A stretch of 64,000 bases of DNA from a virus (Duplodnaviria > Caudoviricetes): IMG/VR virus record IMGVR_UViG_3300023213_000432, positions 64,001 through 128,000 of that record; one strand, given 5' to 3'. The translations under genes and the position numbers were made by a program. Of this stretch, positions 30,051 to 39,994 are shown piece by piece. Under the pieces are notes generated by a model, which saw only the letters and a list, made by a program, of their open reading frames with translations, was not told where the DNA came from and did no database searches. Each line of letters begins with the position of its first letter. Within the stretch, counting starts at the first letter, position 1.

Positions 30051-30386
30051 AGTCCTTGGCTTGTCGCTCATCCTACCATAAGCAGGAGATTATTTTTTAA
30101 TGGCAACAATAGGCTGATTGACAGCAGCCCTTAATAAAGTTTGGCGTTTCTAATAGCGACCTTTTAGAAAACCGTTTGCTTATTCAATCATAAATGATCG
30201 AGTTAAGTGCCTTCTAGGTCTCGATTCGCTAAACGTAGGATAATAATTTTCTAACGCATATCTTACCTCTTTCTGTATTTGGATAGCAAAAGATATATAA
30301 CCATCATTCTGAAGTTTTTAAGAAAAAAGAAAGGAAAAAGCAATTCCTCCCATGATTAAAATCATGGGCTTCTTTGCTAATAGATC
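30032..30386 (-). mobile_element. reRNA-only mini tnpB-type element (subfamily with TCAC target)
   Basis: Minus strand TCAC|GATCTATTAGCAAAGAAG-hairpin ... GGCTG..TCAATCAGCC ... TAATTGAC; removal restores CAG TGA stop overlapping a GTG start. Confidence 0.88.
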
Positions 30387-30782
30387 GTGATTCGTTCCCA
30401 AATTCTCACTTTATGTGTTGCTATTCGAAAAGCCTGCTTGAACATTGGTTTTGATAGAGATTTGAATGGAGCTTGTGCCATCGCTTCTTATTTTCTTCAT
30501 TATAAACTTCATAGTCTAAAAGTTAAATCAAAATTCATTCAAGGAGAATATGAGGGATTGGCTCATTGTTGGGTGGAAATTGGAAACGCTATTGTAGATA
30601 TTACTGCTGTTCAATTTAGCGTGGATACTGATTTTTTATTGGTTGATGCCTTGGATGCTCGGTATAATTCGACAGTTAAGAGATATATAAAGGATAATTT
30701 GAAATCCTGGCCCGAAAAGCAGAAACCAGAGAACTATTGCGGGACATGGGTAAATGATAAGTTGAAACTGGTTAGGAGATAA
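30387..30782 (+). CDS. Hypothetical protein, possibly papain/transglutaminase-like
   Basis: GACAIAS..HCWVEI..IVDITA (Cys/His/Asp pattern); GTG start. Confidence 0.55.
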   Translation: MIRSQILTLCVAIRKACLNIGFDRDLNGACAIASYFLHYKLHSLKVKSKFIQGEYEGLAHCWVEIGNAIVDITAVQFSVDTDFLLVDALDARYNSTVKRYIKDNLKSWPEKQKPENYCGTWVNDKLKLVRR

Positions 30783-31430
30783 ATATGGATTTAGTGGAAT
30801 TGGAAGACGCAATTCAGGACTTGTTGGCGCCTGACTTTGAAATAACGATAGATAAACATGGACAAGTAATTATCCTCACTGGACTTCGAATTGATGATGA
30901 AAGTGGAGAACTAGTGCCCTTTGAGGAAGAGGAATTAGAGTTGCCAGAAGATGAAGACGACGAAGATGAGGACGATTAAATTTTGTTTGTTATTTTTGAT
31001 GAGTTGTAATGATTTTAGCTTTGGTTCGATGGATTCCAATGCCAACTATCCTCGTCAAAAACCAACTACTATTGATGGACATTGCACCAATGATGAGCAA
31101 TGTGGGGAGGGATTAGTGTGTTGGAAACAAGGAGATAATTATGTGGGAGTGTGCGCCAGCGTAAGATAATTGTTAGGTATTGATTTTTCCACCATGAAAA
31201 CCAAAAAGAAACCCAAAATCCCACGCAATCCATATGTTCTTCCAGCTCGAAAACGTAACGGAGCAGGCTCTCATAAACCTAAAAAGCCTATTACTAAAAA
31301 ACAAGATATTAAAGAACGATTAGATGATACCTAACTGGGAAGATGTGGTTTGGTGGGGTTTGATTTGTTTGCTAGCTGGAGCTATTTTTGGATTGATGAT
31401 TTTTAGCAATAGGTAAAAGGAGAAATAGCC

Positions 31431-31841
31431 ATGCAGTATTGGTGGTTAGTTGGATTAACAATTTTAGGTTGGAGCGCCGGCGCGACCGCTTGTAAGGTAG
31501 CGACTAACTATGTGTCTCCCTTAATGCTTGCAGCAATTACGACAGGTATTTATGTTTTGCTGATGCCATTTCTGTTTGTCTTTATTAAGTTTGATCGAAC
31601 AGTTAATGCGGTTGGAATTGGTTATTCAGTGCTTGGCGCTTTGTGTATGGCGCTTGGTTCAGTTTTCTATTTTTTCGCTTTACAGAAAGGAGATGCGGGA
31701 ATCACCACATTACTAGCTGGGATTTACCCATCGCTGACTTTATTGTTATCATGTTTATTTTTAGGTGAGCCAATTACAGTAAAGAAGGTAGTAGGTTTTT
31801 TGGTAGTGTTGTTAGGATCGTTCATTTTGACGAGAGGATGA
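31431..31841 (+). CDS. EamA/DMT-family transporter
   Basis: Five TM segments; FFALQKG..YP..LL..LFLGEPIT..G; AAGGAG SD. Confidence 0.88.
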   Translation: MQYWWLVGLTILGWSAGATACKVATNYVSPLMLAAITTGIYVLLMPFLFVFIKFDRTVNAVGIGYSVLGALCMALGSVFYFFALQKGDAGITTLLAGIYPSLTLLLSCLFLGEPITVKKVVGFLVVLLGSFILTRG

Positions 31842-31860
31842 TGTGGAAAAGAGGAAATGA

Positions 31861-32727
31861 TTACTTAACAAACGCCCAGCATTGACCAGTTTTTATGCGT
31901 AATATAGTTGATTGTCCAACACCATATTGAGCAGCAATTGTTGTCGCTGGTATTCCTTGTGCTAACAGCACCCTAATCTCTCTAACCTTGTCTTCTGTTA
32001 GTTTAGCCGCAGAATTTCTTTCTCCTTGCCGCGTTGTTCGCTTAGCGAATAGAGCAACGTCCTCATCTGTAAAGAAGTACCGATGACTTTTTCCACGTTT
32101 CATATCCGCTACCACTGATTGCGTAATGTTGAATTGATTGGCAATTTCGTACATTGAGACGTTGTCAAGCAATAATTGACGTATCTGTTTAAGTTGTTCA
32201 ATTGTGAGTTTAGCTTTACTTCGACTCATTTTGAGGCGTGTTTCTGTTGGGTGACGAAATCCCATCCTGCTTTTACTCAACTTCTGGCGCCGTTCTTCTG
32301 ACCATTTTTCACCATCACTACCATCAGTTAAGTTATATCCAGCATTTTTACCATACTTATACGCATTAGTTTGGTAAAAAGATATCCAATATATTTCTGC
32401 TTCTTTCATTTCTTTAAAACTGTTCAATTCTTGAACTATGCGGAACTCAAAATTATCTTCTCCGTATTTTAACATCGCTTTGTGAATCAAGTAACGTCCG
32501 CTTTCTTTACTATCTAGGCGGACACACTTGCGATGTTCTTTCCATCGCTCGATTAAATTTTCTGTTCTCCCGATGTATATCTTACCATTGATTAAGTTGA
32601 ATATCATATACACGTGATATTTGACGCATTCCTTGCATTTTGACTTTTTTCTTTTCAACTGTTCTTGATCAAAATCACCAATCGATTTAATTTGCGAACA
32701 ATGCCTGCAAAAGATAACGATGTCCAT
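31861..32727 (-). CDS. GIY-YIG homing endonuclease with NUMOD3-like and HTH repeats
   Basis: VYMIFNLINGKIYIGRT..RW..H; GYNLTDG; HPTETRLKMS; KLTEDKVREIR. Confidence 0.9.
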   Translation of the reverse strand: MDIVIFCRHCSQIKSIGDFDQEQLKRKKSKCKECVKYHVYMIFNLINGKIYIGRTENLIERWKEHRKCVRLDSKESGRYLIHKAMLKYGEDNFEFRIVQELNSFKEMKEAEIYWISFYQTNAYKYGKNAGYNLTDGSDGEKWSEERRQKLSKSRMGFRHPTETRLKMSRSKAKLTIEQLKQIRQLLLDNVSMYEIANQFNITQSVVADMKRGKSHRYFFTDEDVALFAKRTTRQGERNSAAKLTEDKVREIRVLLAQGIPATTIAAQYGVGQSTILRIKTGQCWAFVK

Positions 32728-33104
32728 ACTTTAATTATATATCAAGTCATACTAAAGTTTCTGGTTCTGTGTTTTTTATTAAAAGAAATGTAGCCCATTA
32801 ATAATGGAAGAAGTCCCAGTTTTTGGATATGTAGCTACGTTAATTGCGTTGATTGCAATTATTCTTATGACTAAAAATATTCAGGGCGCAGGGTTAGCAG
32901 TTAATTTTTTGGAATAGTAAAACTACCATACAGGGGCGGGTTCCCATCGCCTAACGGCGTGAATTTACTCCAAAAAAACTTCTGTATAACCAGATATAAG
33001 ATTTGGGGCAGGATGATCGCGTTAATTGCTTCCCTCCTTTGTAATTAACGTTGATCCCTCCCCAAAACAACTAACATATATATTTTAAAAAAAAGGAAAT
33101 AAAA

Positions 33105-33383
33105 ATGAAGAAGCTAATGTTAGCATGTATATTAATGCTATTTGGTTGTGCTCATAGCAGATATTCGCTTATCCAAACTAATGAGCACACTTATGAAATT
33201 GATGCGAGTAGGAGAGATGGTAATTTAGCACATATGCGAGCAGAAGCCATCAAGATAGCCACAGATACTTGTTCAGCGTGGAACGAAGGTTGGCAGGTTA
33301 TCTGGGTTGAAGAAAGAGAAAATGATCTTGGCTGGACTTATTTTAAACTAAAATTTCAATGTGTTTCGCACGGTATCAATTGA
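33105..33383 (+). CDS. Small lipoprotein, paralog of 33664-33939
   Basis: Lipobox LFGC; A...A..TC...W...F.C. Confidence 0.65.
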   Translation: MKKLMLACILMLFGCAHSRYSLIQTNEHTYEIDASRRDGNLAHMRAEAIKIATDTCSAWNEGWQVIWVEERENDLGWTYFKLKFQCVSHGIN

Positions 33384-33663
33384 TTGTCATGATGCCTCAA
33401 TATATGATTACTTTTGTTAGTCGTTCCATCACTAAAAGCGAAGGGCATGCGATTGTAGAAGCTAAGAATAAGAAGAAAGCAAAGAAGCGGTTCAAGAAGC
33501 GATTTGGAGAAAGATATAAAGTTAAAGACATTCAAAAGTATGTTGAAGTGGATTTAATGCCCGAACAAATGAGCAAAAAAGATTGCACAAAACGGCAATC
33601 GATCTTTGAAGCATGGTACTGATATGTTGTTGATGGGTTAACCATTTCGAAAGGACAAAAATC

Positions 33664-33939
33664 ATGAATAAATTATTAATATTGTTATTGATGGGATGTG
33701 TGCAGTATCATCCTATTGAATACAATCTTCGATCCAATTCCTCAGATAGTAGTAATTATGATCTATCTATGGATGGAAAAGATGATCTTATTGATACTGT
33801 TCGCGCCAATGCTTTTGCTCTTGCCGAAAAAACCTGCAAATATAACAATAAAGTATGGAAACTTACTTCTCTTTCCGAAACCGATAGCAAAGATGGCGCT
33901 CATGTTCATCTAACTTTTATTTGTCAAGGCAATGATTAA
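33664..33939 (+). CDS. Small lipoprotein, paralog of 33105-33383
   Basis: Lipobox LMGC; A..LAEKTC..W..FIC. Confidence 0.65.
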   Translation: MNKLLILLLMGCVQYHPIEYNLRSNSSDSSNYDLSMDGKDDLIDTVRANAFALAEKTCKYNNKVWKLTSLSETDSKDGAHVHLTFICQGND

Positions 33940-34360
33940 ACTTATTGAAATGGCTGCAAAAATTGCTTTACCTACACACATCAACGATCAGCGATCCTTT
34001 TGGGTTGGAAGCGTCGGAATTAGAAAAGATAATGTTTTCGTATTTGCTCGAAATGGTGCAGTTCGTTGTTTAGATTCTGATGATTATCAGGTTATTCCAT
34101 CAGCTCACGCAGAGTTCCGTTTGGGAGCCAAGTTAGGCAAGTATGGAATTGTGTATATCGCAAGAGTGGCCAAAAAAGACGGCAGTTTAGCGATGTCCCG
34201 CCCGTGCGGAGTGTGTCAGGTAAGACTTCGTAGCCTTAAGGTGGAGCGTGCCTATTACTCGATTAATAATTTCCAATATGGTTGTTATTTTGTCCAAGAA
34301 GATAAAGATGTAATCTATCATGAACGACCTCCTCATCGTCAAACCCAACATCCTATCTGA
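33932..34360 (+). CDS. Zn-dependent cytidine/dCMP deaminase-fold protein
   Basis: HAE ... SRPCGVC. Confidence 0.85.
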   Translation: MIKLIEMAAKIALPTHINDQRSFWVGSVGIRKDNVFVFARNGAVRCLDSDDYQVIPSAHAEFRLGAKLGKYGIVYIARVAKKDGSLAMSRPCGVCQVRLRSLKVERAYYSINNFQYGCYFVQEDKDVIYHERPPHRQTQHPI

Positions 34361-35345
34361 CGTAATAGATACGTCCATAGGAGAGCCACATATTGTTAGG
34401 GAGTGTCTGCTCAAAATCTTTGATCTTACCTATACTCTGCCTAAAGAAAAAGGGATGTGGGAATACCCTAATCCCAAAGGACACCCTGAATTGATTAAGA
34501 TATTAGAGGATAAGTATAATGCACCCATAGTTATTACCAACGGTGCAATGCAAGGGCTGCATGCCGTGTTTCATGCACTTAAATCAATGGGAAAGGTATC
34601 TATCTCTTGGGCAAAACCGTGGTTTCATTGTTTGCCCAAGATAGCTGAGATGAACGGATTGCAGTGGAGCGAAGGAGAGAATGGGGATGCGATTTTGTTG
34701 GTGGCACCACGTAATCCTGATGGTTTTATGCCATCTCCAGAAGAAGTTAAGAAACTTTTCGAGAATTGCAAAGAGCAAGGACGCTATTTGATCCATGACT
34801 CTGTTTATTATTCTCACACCTACCTTCCTGAAACTTATCCTTTAAAACCTGTTGGAGATGTTCAGATCTTTAGCGCTTCTAAGCTTTTAGGTCTTTCGGG
34901 ATTAAGGGTTGGTTGGATCATCTGCCACAACAAAGATTTTTATCACCCTATCGTAGAATATATGGAAGCTATGACGGTGGGCGCCTCTATGCTCTCCCAA
35001 ATTTTCTTGCGAGATTTATTGGAGCGAACGCGCGCCTATCCATATTTGATTCGAAATTTTGAGAGACTTTCTTCTATTGCTTTGGAGAAATCTAAAGCCA
35101 CCCTCAAAGGAGTTGATCCTGAAGTTTTAGAGGTGCCCGAAAATTTTGAGAAGATTAATGGAATGTTTGCATTCTGTAAAACCAATGATATGGGGCGTTT
35201 TGTGAAAGCAAAAGTAAATGTTGCTGATGGTAAGTATTTTGGTATGGAAGGCTACGTTAGAATGAATTTAGCATTTGGAGAAGAGAAAATGAAAGAGATT
35301 GTTAAAAGATTAAACGAGGTAAAAATGTCAATTACCCATGATTAA
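34320..35345 (+). CDS. PLP-dependent class I/II aminotransferase-like protein; C-terminus extended by the mini element
   Basis: ITNGAMQGL; PRNPDG; IHDSVY; SASKLLGLSGLRVGW; YVRMNL. Confidence 0.9.
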   Translation: MNDLLIVKPNILSDVIDTSIGEPHIVRECLLKIFDLTYTLPKEKGMWEYPNPKGHPELIKILEDKYNAPIVITNGAMQGLHAVFHALKSMGKVSISWAKPWFHCLPKIAEMNGLQWSEGENGDAILLVAPRNPDGFMPSPEEVKKLFENCKEQGRYLIHDSVYYSHTYLPETYPLKPVGDVQIFSASKLLGLSGLRVGWIICHNKDFYHPIVEYMEAMTVGASMLSQIFLRDLLERTRAYPYLIRNFERLSSIALEKSKATLKGVDPEVLEVPENFEKINGMFAFCKTNDMGRFVKAKVNVADGKYFGMEGYVRMNLAFGEEKMKEIVKRLNEVKMSITHD

Positions 35346-35787
35346 AATCATGGGCTTGTGCGAAGGATACTAGCCAGATTCTTTTGATCAAGACCAAAAT
35401 ATTGTACTAGACACAGATCAGAATAGGAGACGCAAGTCAAATAAAAGAAGATCAAATAGGCAGATCAGGATCGCTATGACGAGACTGGAAAAGATACGCT
35501 ACTGGATGTTTCGCTAGTCTGTAGCCGCATCTCCGTAAGGAGATGCCAATACCTCATCGATAATTGTGAGGTATTAGCTGTGTTTTGCTTATGTCGAAGC
35601 GAGTTGAACAAGCCCTTTACAGGGAAGGTTTTCTGAGGATTTTTCCTTTCTCTCACGAGAGAATAAAGTCCTCGTTTTTACTAAAACAATTCGTCAAGAT
35701 AAGAGATATTGACGTCTTATATGCACAGAATAGGAGAGTTCAATTCCTTCCACGACTAAAATCGTGGGTCTCCTTGAACCAATTTCC
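35327..35787 (+). mobile_element. omegaRNA-only mini isrB element
   Basis: Same architecture as 9379-9835; removal restores AAA ATA TGA stop overlapping the next ATG. Confidence 0.9.
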
Positions 35788-36090
35788 ATGAACGCAGAAA
35801 AAGAAAATCAATCCGAATTGGAGCAAGAGTTTCGAGGGCTTGTTGAACGACATTCGCAAGAGATCGAAGAAAAATTGAATGATGCCAATACTGCCATGAA
35901 AGAAGCGATGACACTTTCTGAAAAATATGGCATCCCTTTTCCAGCTAATATATCCCAAATAAGTCAGTCTTATACTCCAAAATCTTTTATAACAAAGTTT
36001 GGTCAATTAGACAGAGAACTAATTGAAGAATTATCGGGTGCCGAGCTTAATGGCTATTACGGTTGGGAACATTCGGACGTTTGTTATTAG
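35788..36090 (+). CDS. Hypothetical protein, GW..S..C C-terminal family
   Basis: LEQEF..A..A.KEA..L..K.GIPF..GWEHSDVCY. Confidence 0.65.
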   Translation: MNAEKENQSELEQEFRGLVERHSQEIEEKLNDANTAMKEAMTLSEKYGIPFPANISQISQSYTPKSFITKFGQLDRELIEELSGAELNGYYGWEHSDVCY

Positions 36091-36327
36091 AAAATTTTAT
36101 TAAAAATTTAATAAACTGAAACATAGTTAATAGAAAGGAAATCATGAAAGCCAAAGAAGTTGAGATTGGTTCTCGCGTCTCCAGAGAAGGAGAATCCGGA
36201 ACCATTGTCGGAAACCAACACAAAGATGGCGATGAAATTGTCATTGTGGAGTGGGATGATCGTTATGATGATAACTTTGAGAAAGTTAATGTTAACGATT
36301 TGATCATTCGGCCCAAGAGAACTAAGA

Positions 36328-36545
36328 GTCAATTACCATCAGCACAAGGCTAATAGCTTGTAAGTAGCATTTCTGCTCCTACAATAGGCTGATTGACAAC
36401 AGCCCGATCCGATAGCCCTTGGCTATCAAGATGCTTGAGGACAATATTTCTACTGCCATTCAAGTCTGCATTTAATCTAAATCCACATTGCTTGCAGCAA
36501 AAGTTAGCTTGACTCTTTCGATTAGAGCGACAAATATATCCACAT
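36328..36545 (-). ncRNA. TnpB reRNA/omegaRNA overlapping the tnpB 3' end; guide = downstream flank; 5' end approximate
   Basis: GGGCTGTTGTCAATCAGCC hairpin and right-end hairpin conserved in 5 ORF-less minis. Confidence 0.7.
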
Positions 36546-37477
36546 TTGCTACACCTCTGAGAAGTATAGCGAGCATCAATATAAACTATGTTAATACCCT
36601 TAGCGGCACCCTTATAGATCAAGAACTGTTCTAATTGAAAGAAAGACCAATTGTTGAGCAAAGTGCGTTGTTCTTTTCTTAATCGCTTGTTGCGAATCCC
36701 TGTTAGATCCTCTAATACGATAGTGTCTCCTGGATTTAGTTTATCGATAATCTCCTTGCTAATTTGATGGTTAACATCTGCTCGAAACCGTCTCTCCTTT
36801 CGAGATAATTCTCGAAGGTGTCTTTTGGCAGATTTGCTTCCTGTTCGTTGAAGTCTTTTGCGAAGTCTCTGATAGCGGCGCACAACTCGCTTTACCTCTC
36901 CTCCTCCAAAGAATTGATTGTTGGAGGAAACTGCTAGGTTATTAATCCCTCTGTCGATGCCCACAAAAGTTCCAGCAGGTTGAACGTCTTCAATATCCTT
37001 TTCAAAAACGATATGCAGGAAAACTTTCTTTTTGATGATGCAGAGATCTGCGGAAGTATGCTTCCAAGTTTTAAAATATTCTTTGTAAAAGTTTGGAATT
37101 GTAAGCTGATAGCGTTTTCGTCCATTGATGGTCAGCAGAGAAAGTTGTTGAACATCTAAGAATAGCGTATAAGAATTCTTATCTAAACGAATGCTACACA
37201 GATGGGAATGAGGACAAGAATAATAGCGCTTAGGTTTGGAAAAGACTCCTTTGAGAGCCTCGGTAGCTTTCATCCTAGCGGAGATAGCAAGTTGAGAGGG
37301 AAGATAATCACGTGTCGTATAATAGCAAAGATCGTGAAGTTTGACGCCGTTCTTTTCTTTCTTCTCGAAACCTGTTTGAGCCACGAAGTTAAACGCTTTG
37401 GTATAAGCCTCTAAGGTAGGTAAAATCTCAGGAATTGAGATATTAAGTTTGATCTTAGCGGTTCTTACCAACTTCAT
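36350..37477 (-). CDS. tnpB: TnpB RNA-guided nuclease, catalytic residues intact
   Basis: RuvC-I VGIDRG; RuvC-II VLEDL; ZnF CSKCG/CKQCG; RuvC-III NADLNGSRNI. Confidence 0.95.
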   Translation of the reverse strand: MKLVRTAKIKLNISIPEILPTLEAYTKAFNFVAQTGFEKKEKNGVKLHDLCYYTTRDYLPSQLAISARMKATEALKGVFSKPKRYYSCPHSHLCSIRLDKNSYTLFLDVQQLSLLTINGRKRYQLTIPNFYKEYFKTWKHTSADLCIIKKKVFLHIVFEKDIEDVQPAGTFVGIDRGINNLAVSSNNQFFGGGEVKRVVRRYQRLRKRLQRTGSKSAKRHLRELSRKERRFRADVNHQISKEIIDKLNPGDTIVLEDLTGIRNKRLRKEQRTLLNNWSFFQLEQFLIYKGAAKGINIVYIDARYTSQRCSKCGYICRSNRKSQANFCCKQCGFRLNADLNGSRNIVLKHLDSQGLSDRAVVNQPIVGAEMLLTSY

Positions 37478-37481
37478 ACTG

Positions 37482-37511
37482 ATTATATAACTACATATTG
37501 ATAGATGTCAA
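37482..37511 (-). promoter_or_regulatory. Sigma70-like promoter of tnpB, probably leaderless mRNA
   Basis: TTGACA-18 nt-TATAAT, ATG 4 nt downstream; TTGACA also present in minis 54466 and 62334. Confidence 0.7.
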
Positions 37512-37822
37512 GAGAAAAAGAAAGGAAAAGACAATTCCTCCCATAGCACAAGGCTATGGGTATCCTTGCCTAAGAGATCATGAAGTTGATGCGGCTTGGG
37601 AAGAGTGTGAAGTTAAATTTGAATCCGCCCGAAATAAAATAGAAGGTGCAGTAGAGGACTTGGAACGAGCCAATAATTTAGCAATCGAATTCGATATTAA
37701 GATTGCAGCTCGGTTTAATAAGATTGATGTTCTGAGTTTGTTGAGCCAGTTAACTGAAGCAGGTTGGTCGCATTCGAGTTTAGAGTGTTAATTATAATTG
37801 TTGAAGAAAAATCTGAAAAATA

Positions 37823-38209
37823 ATGAAGAATTCCATGGAAGACAAACTCAAAGACTTACAGCAAAAATTGAGAGTGCAAAAGGCTGAAATGCGACGTTTA
37901 GAACAAGAGATCCAAAAAGAGCAGTCTCTTGCATGGGACGAAGCCCGCCGCCAAGGATTCGAAAGAATTCGAGAAAAGCATGGCACTACTATCGATGAGA
38001 TCAATGTCAAAATTCAAGTAGCAATATTTGCTTTGAAAGAAGCAAATGCTCTTGCCAAAAAAGCAGGAATACCTTCCTTGACTGGATATTCTTCTTGCGA
38101 AGATACTAATTTTGATGAAGCCGATTTAATATTAATTGGCGAATGTCTTGATTTACGTCTTTTAACAGAAGAGTTGTATAAAGCTGGGGTAGAAAATATT
38201 ACATGGTGA
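37823..38209 (+). CDS. Coiled-coil hypothetical protein, GW..S..C-related family
   Basis: KIQVA..ALKEANALAKKAGIP..L.KAG. Confidence 0.6.
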   Translation: MKNSMEDKLKDLQQKLRVQKAEMRRLEQEIQKEQSLAWDEARRQGFERIREKHGTTIDEINVKIQVAIFALKEANALAKKAGIPSLTGYSSCEDTNFDEADLILIGECLDLRLLTEELYKAGVENITW

Positions 38210-39022
38210 AATAATGGACAACAAAATTAAAACTTTGCGGGCAATCATGAAAATCAAGCGAGCCCTGAAACTTATCAAGGAAGCCGCCACAGATCTCTCA
38301 GATGATCCGGAATTGATAGAAGAATTTTCGGAACTGGAAGAAATGTTAAACAGTGCGGAGGGTCTCCATGATTGATTTGGAACTCGAGTGGCAAAAATTA
38401 GTGGATGTTATGTTCAAGCATGTGGATGGTAAAGAATTCAGTGGGGAGTTGTCTGAGGAAGATGCTAGTGCTTTGCGAGAGATGATCAAGTAGCGAACTG
38501 TGCCCGTCGTAAATACGGAAGAGGAATGGAAGTGTTCTTTTTATTGAATGGGAACGAACTGCGTATATTCATCGAACGAATTGAAAATTGCAATCATAAT
38601 CAAAGATAAATAATCGGAGTATAAACAATGGTAGATACAATGATCTTGCGAAACTTGAAAGACGTATATAACGAAGCTAACTCCACTTGCGAGCATAAGA
38701 GAACCCATCCTCATGGGTGCGATGATTGCGAAGCTAAATGGTGCGATGCTTGTTTTAGATACCATCAAAACCCGATCAATCTTGGATGCAAATTTTCTCA
38801 AATGCTTGCTAAATATGCTATTGATTTGATCAATTTATCCTTGAATAATGATCAAGTATTAAATGGTTTTATTCGGGATCATCATAATCCAATCGTGTAT
38901 AGTCTCAACGAACAAATCAAGAAGTTGGAAAAGCAAAGTGTAGACAAATCAAGCATTATTAGGATGCTTGAAGAGATTGAATTCCTCAAACAGAAGTTAT
39001 CTCGGATTAGGTGCGAAGTTTT

Positions 39023-39994
39023 ATGATCCTCATCGGTAGCCGAGCCCTAAAACTTCGATGCTCCCAAGCACTCCTTCGTGAGCCGCTTGACTTTGACTGG
39101 ATCTGTACCCAAGAGGAACATGATCAGTGGGTCAAAGAACACTCTCATAAAGTTAATCCAATCAAGATGTATTCTATTGAAGCTAACGGTACTACCAAAC
39201 ATATTGTGGAAGGTTCACCGTGTCTTGAGTTTGAGATTATCAAGACAGGACACAGCACGGAGTTGTTAAAAGAATTGGTGGAGAAGGATCCGGAGACGAT
39301 GGATGCGGTAATGTTTGGGAAAATTCCTTCACTTGATTTGCTTTTTACAATTAAAGATAGTCATAAATTCAAAAAATTCCACATTGACGATCGTATATTT
39401 TGGAAAACAGCTACTGATTGGCATGCCATGAATAGGATAGGTGCCAAAGTTCGGGAAGAACACCGAGAATTTCTTTCTCTTAGAGAGAAGGAAACCTATA
39501 CTAATAGTCTTCCTAAACTGAATATGTCGAAGGTAAACTTTTTCGACGAGACCCAAAATGGGGTGCATATGACTTATCAGCACGACGACATCCACTGTGT
39601 CATTTGTCTATACGACCGTCCCGCCTACACTTATTACCTAAAAGAGGGCAGTGAAGTGCTAACCGACAACAAGAAGTTTTGGGAGTGCTCGGAAGAGATC
39701 CGATTGGCGGGTGTGATGGAAGAGGCAATGGTTTTGGCGATTGAGAGATCTTTGGTAAGTTGTCCCAATGTCCTCATGCCCGATAGGGCGTTTAGGCTGG
39801 CCTTAGCCAAGGTTGCGAGCAGTATCACCAGCGGGGCGTTTAGATCTTATGCTCACCTTCACCTCTTCGAAGCACTGAAAATATACCCGCGAGATTATTG
39901 GGAAAAATTTCAAAAGGCGGTCGAAAATGGCATTGTTCGTCGATATATAATGAATGATGCCAAAAAGATTGAATATAGACAAGATAGCGTTTGA
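39023..39994 (+). CDS. Conserved phage protein with nucleotidyltransferase-like N-terminus
   Basis: MILIGSRAL..DFDWI; HDDIH; EEAMVLAIER. Confidence 0.7.
   Translation: MILIGSRALKLRCSQALLREPLDFDWICTQEEHDQWVKEHSHKVNPIKMYSIEANGTTKHIVEGSPCLEFEIIKTGHSTELLKELVEKDPETMDAVMFGKIPSLDLLFTIKDSHKFKKFHIDDRIFWKTATDWHAMNRIGAKVREEHREFLSLREKETYTNSLPKLNMSKVNFFDETQNGVHMTYQHDDIHCVICLYDRPAYTYYLKEGSEVLTDNKKFWECSEEIRLAGVMEEAMVLAIERSLVSCPNVLMPDRAFRLALAKVASSITSGAFRSYAHLHLFEALKIYPRDYWEKFQKAVENGIVRRYIMNDAKKIEYRQDSV

Larger units (their letters stand above)
36328..37579 (-). mobile_element. IS200/IS605 (IS1341-like) tnpB element, no tnpA
   Basis: Minus strand TCAT|GATCTCTTAGGCAAGGATA-hairpin ... CAAG-hairpin-TAATTGAC; no target duplication. 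Confidence 0.93.
36144..37791 (+). pseudogene. SH3-like + GW..SS..C family gene split by the tnpB element
   Basis: Removing 36328-37579 joins ..RPKRTK|NEVDAAW.. in frame; the product resembles 55114-55590. Confidence 0.85.

Noticed and set aside
35585-35791. Conserved small ORF inside the omegaRNA-only minis (also 9265-9507, 9743-9949, 12164-12358)
   Set aside because: The frame is broken differently in the other copies; these are read-through of ncRNA and isrB remnants
36350-37477. Nuclease-dead TnpB/IsrB regulator (TldR-like)
   Set aside because: All three RuvC acidic residues are present in TnpB and in each IsrB
37498-37579. N-terminal extensions such as MIDVKRKRKEK.., MGLLEPI.., MLRDRN..
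   Set aside because: They come from element end sequence; true starts are at the flanking ATG, or the ORF is the 3' half of a split gene
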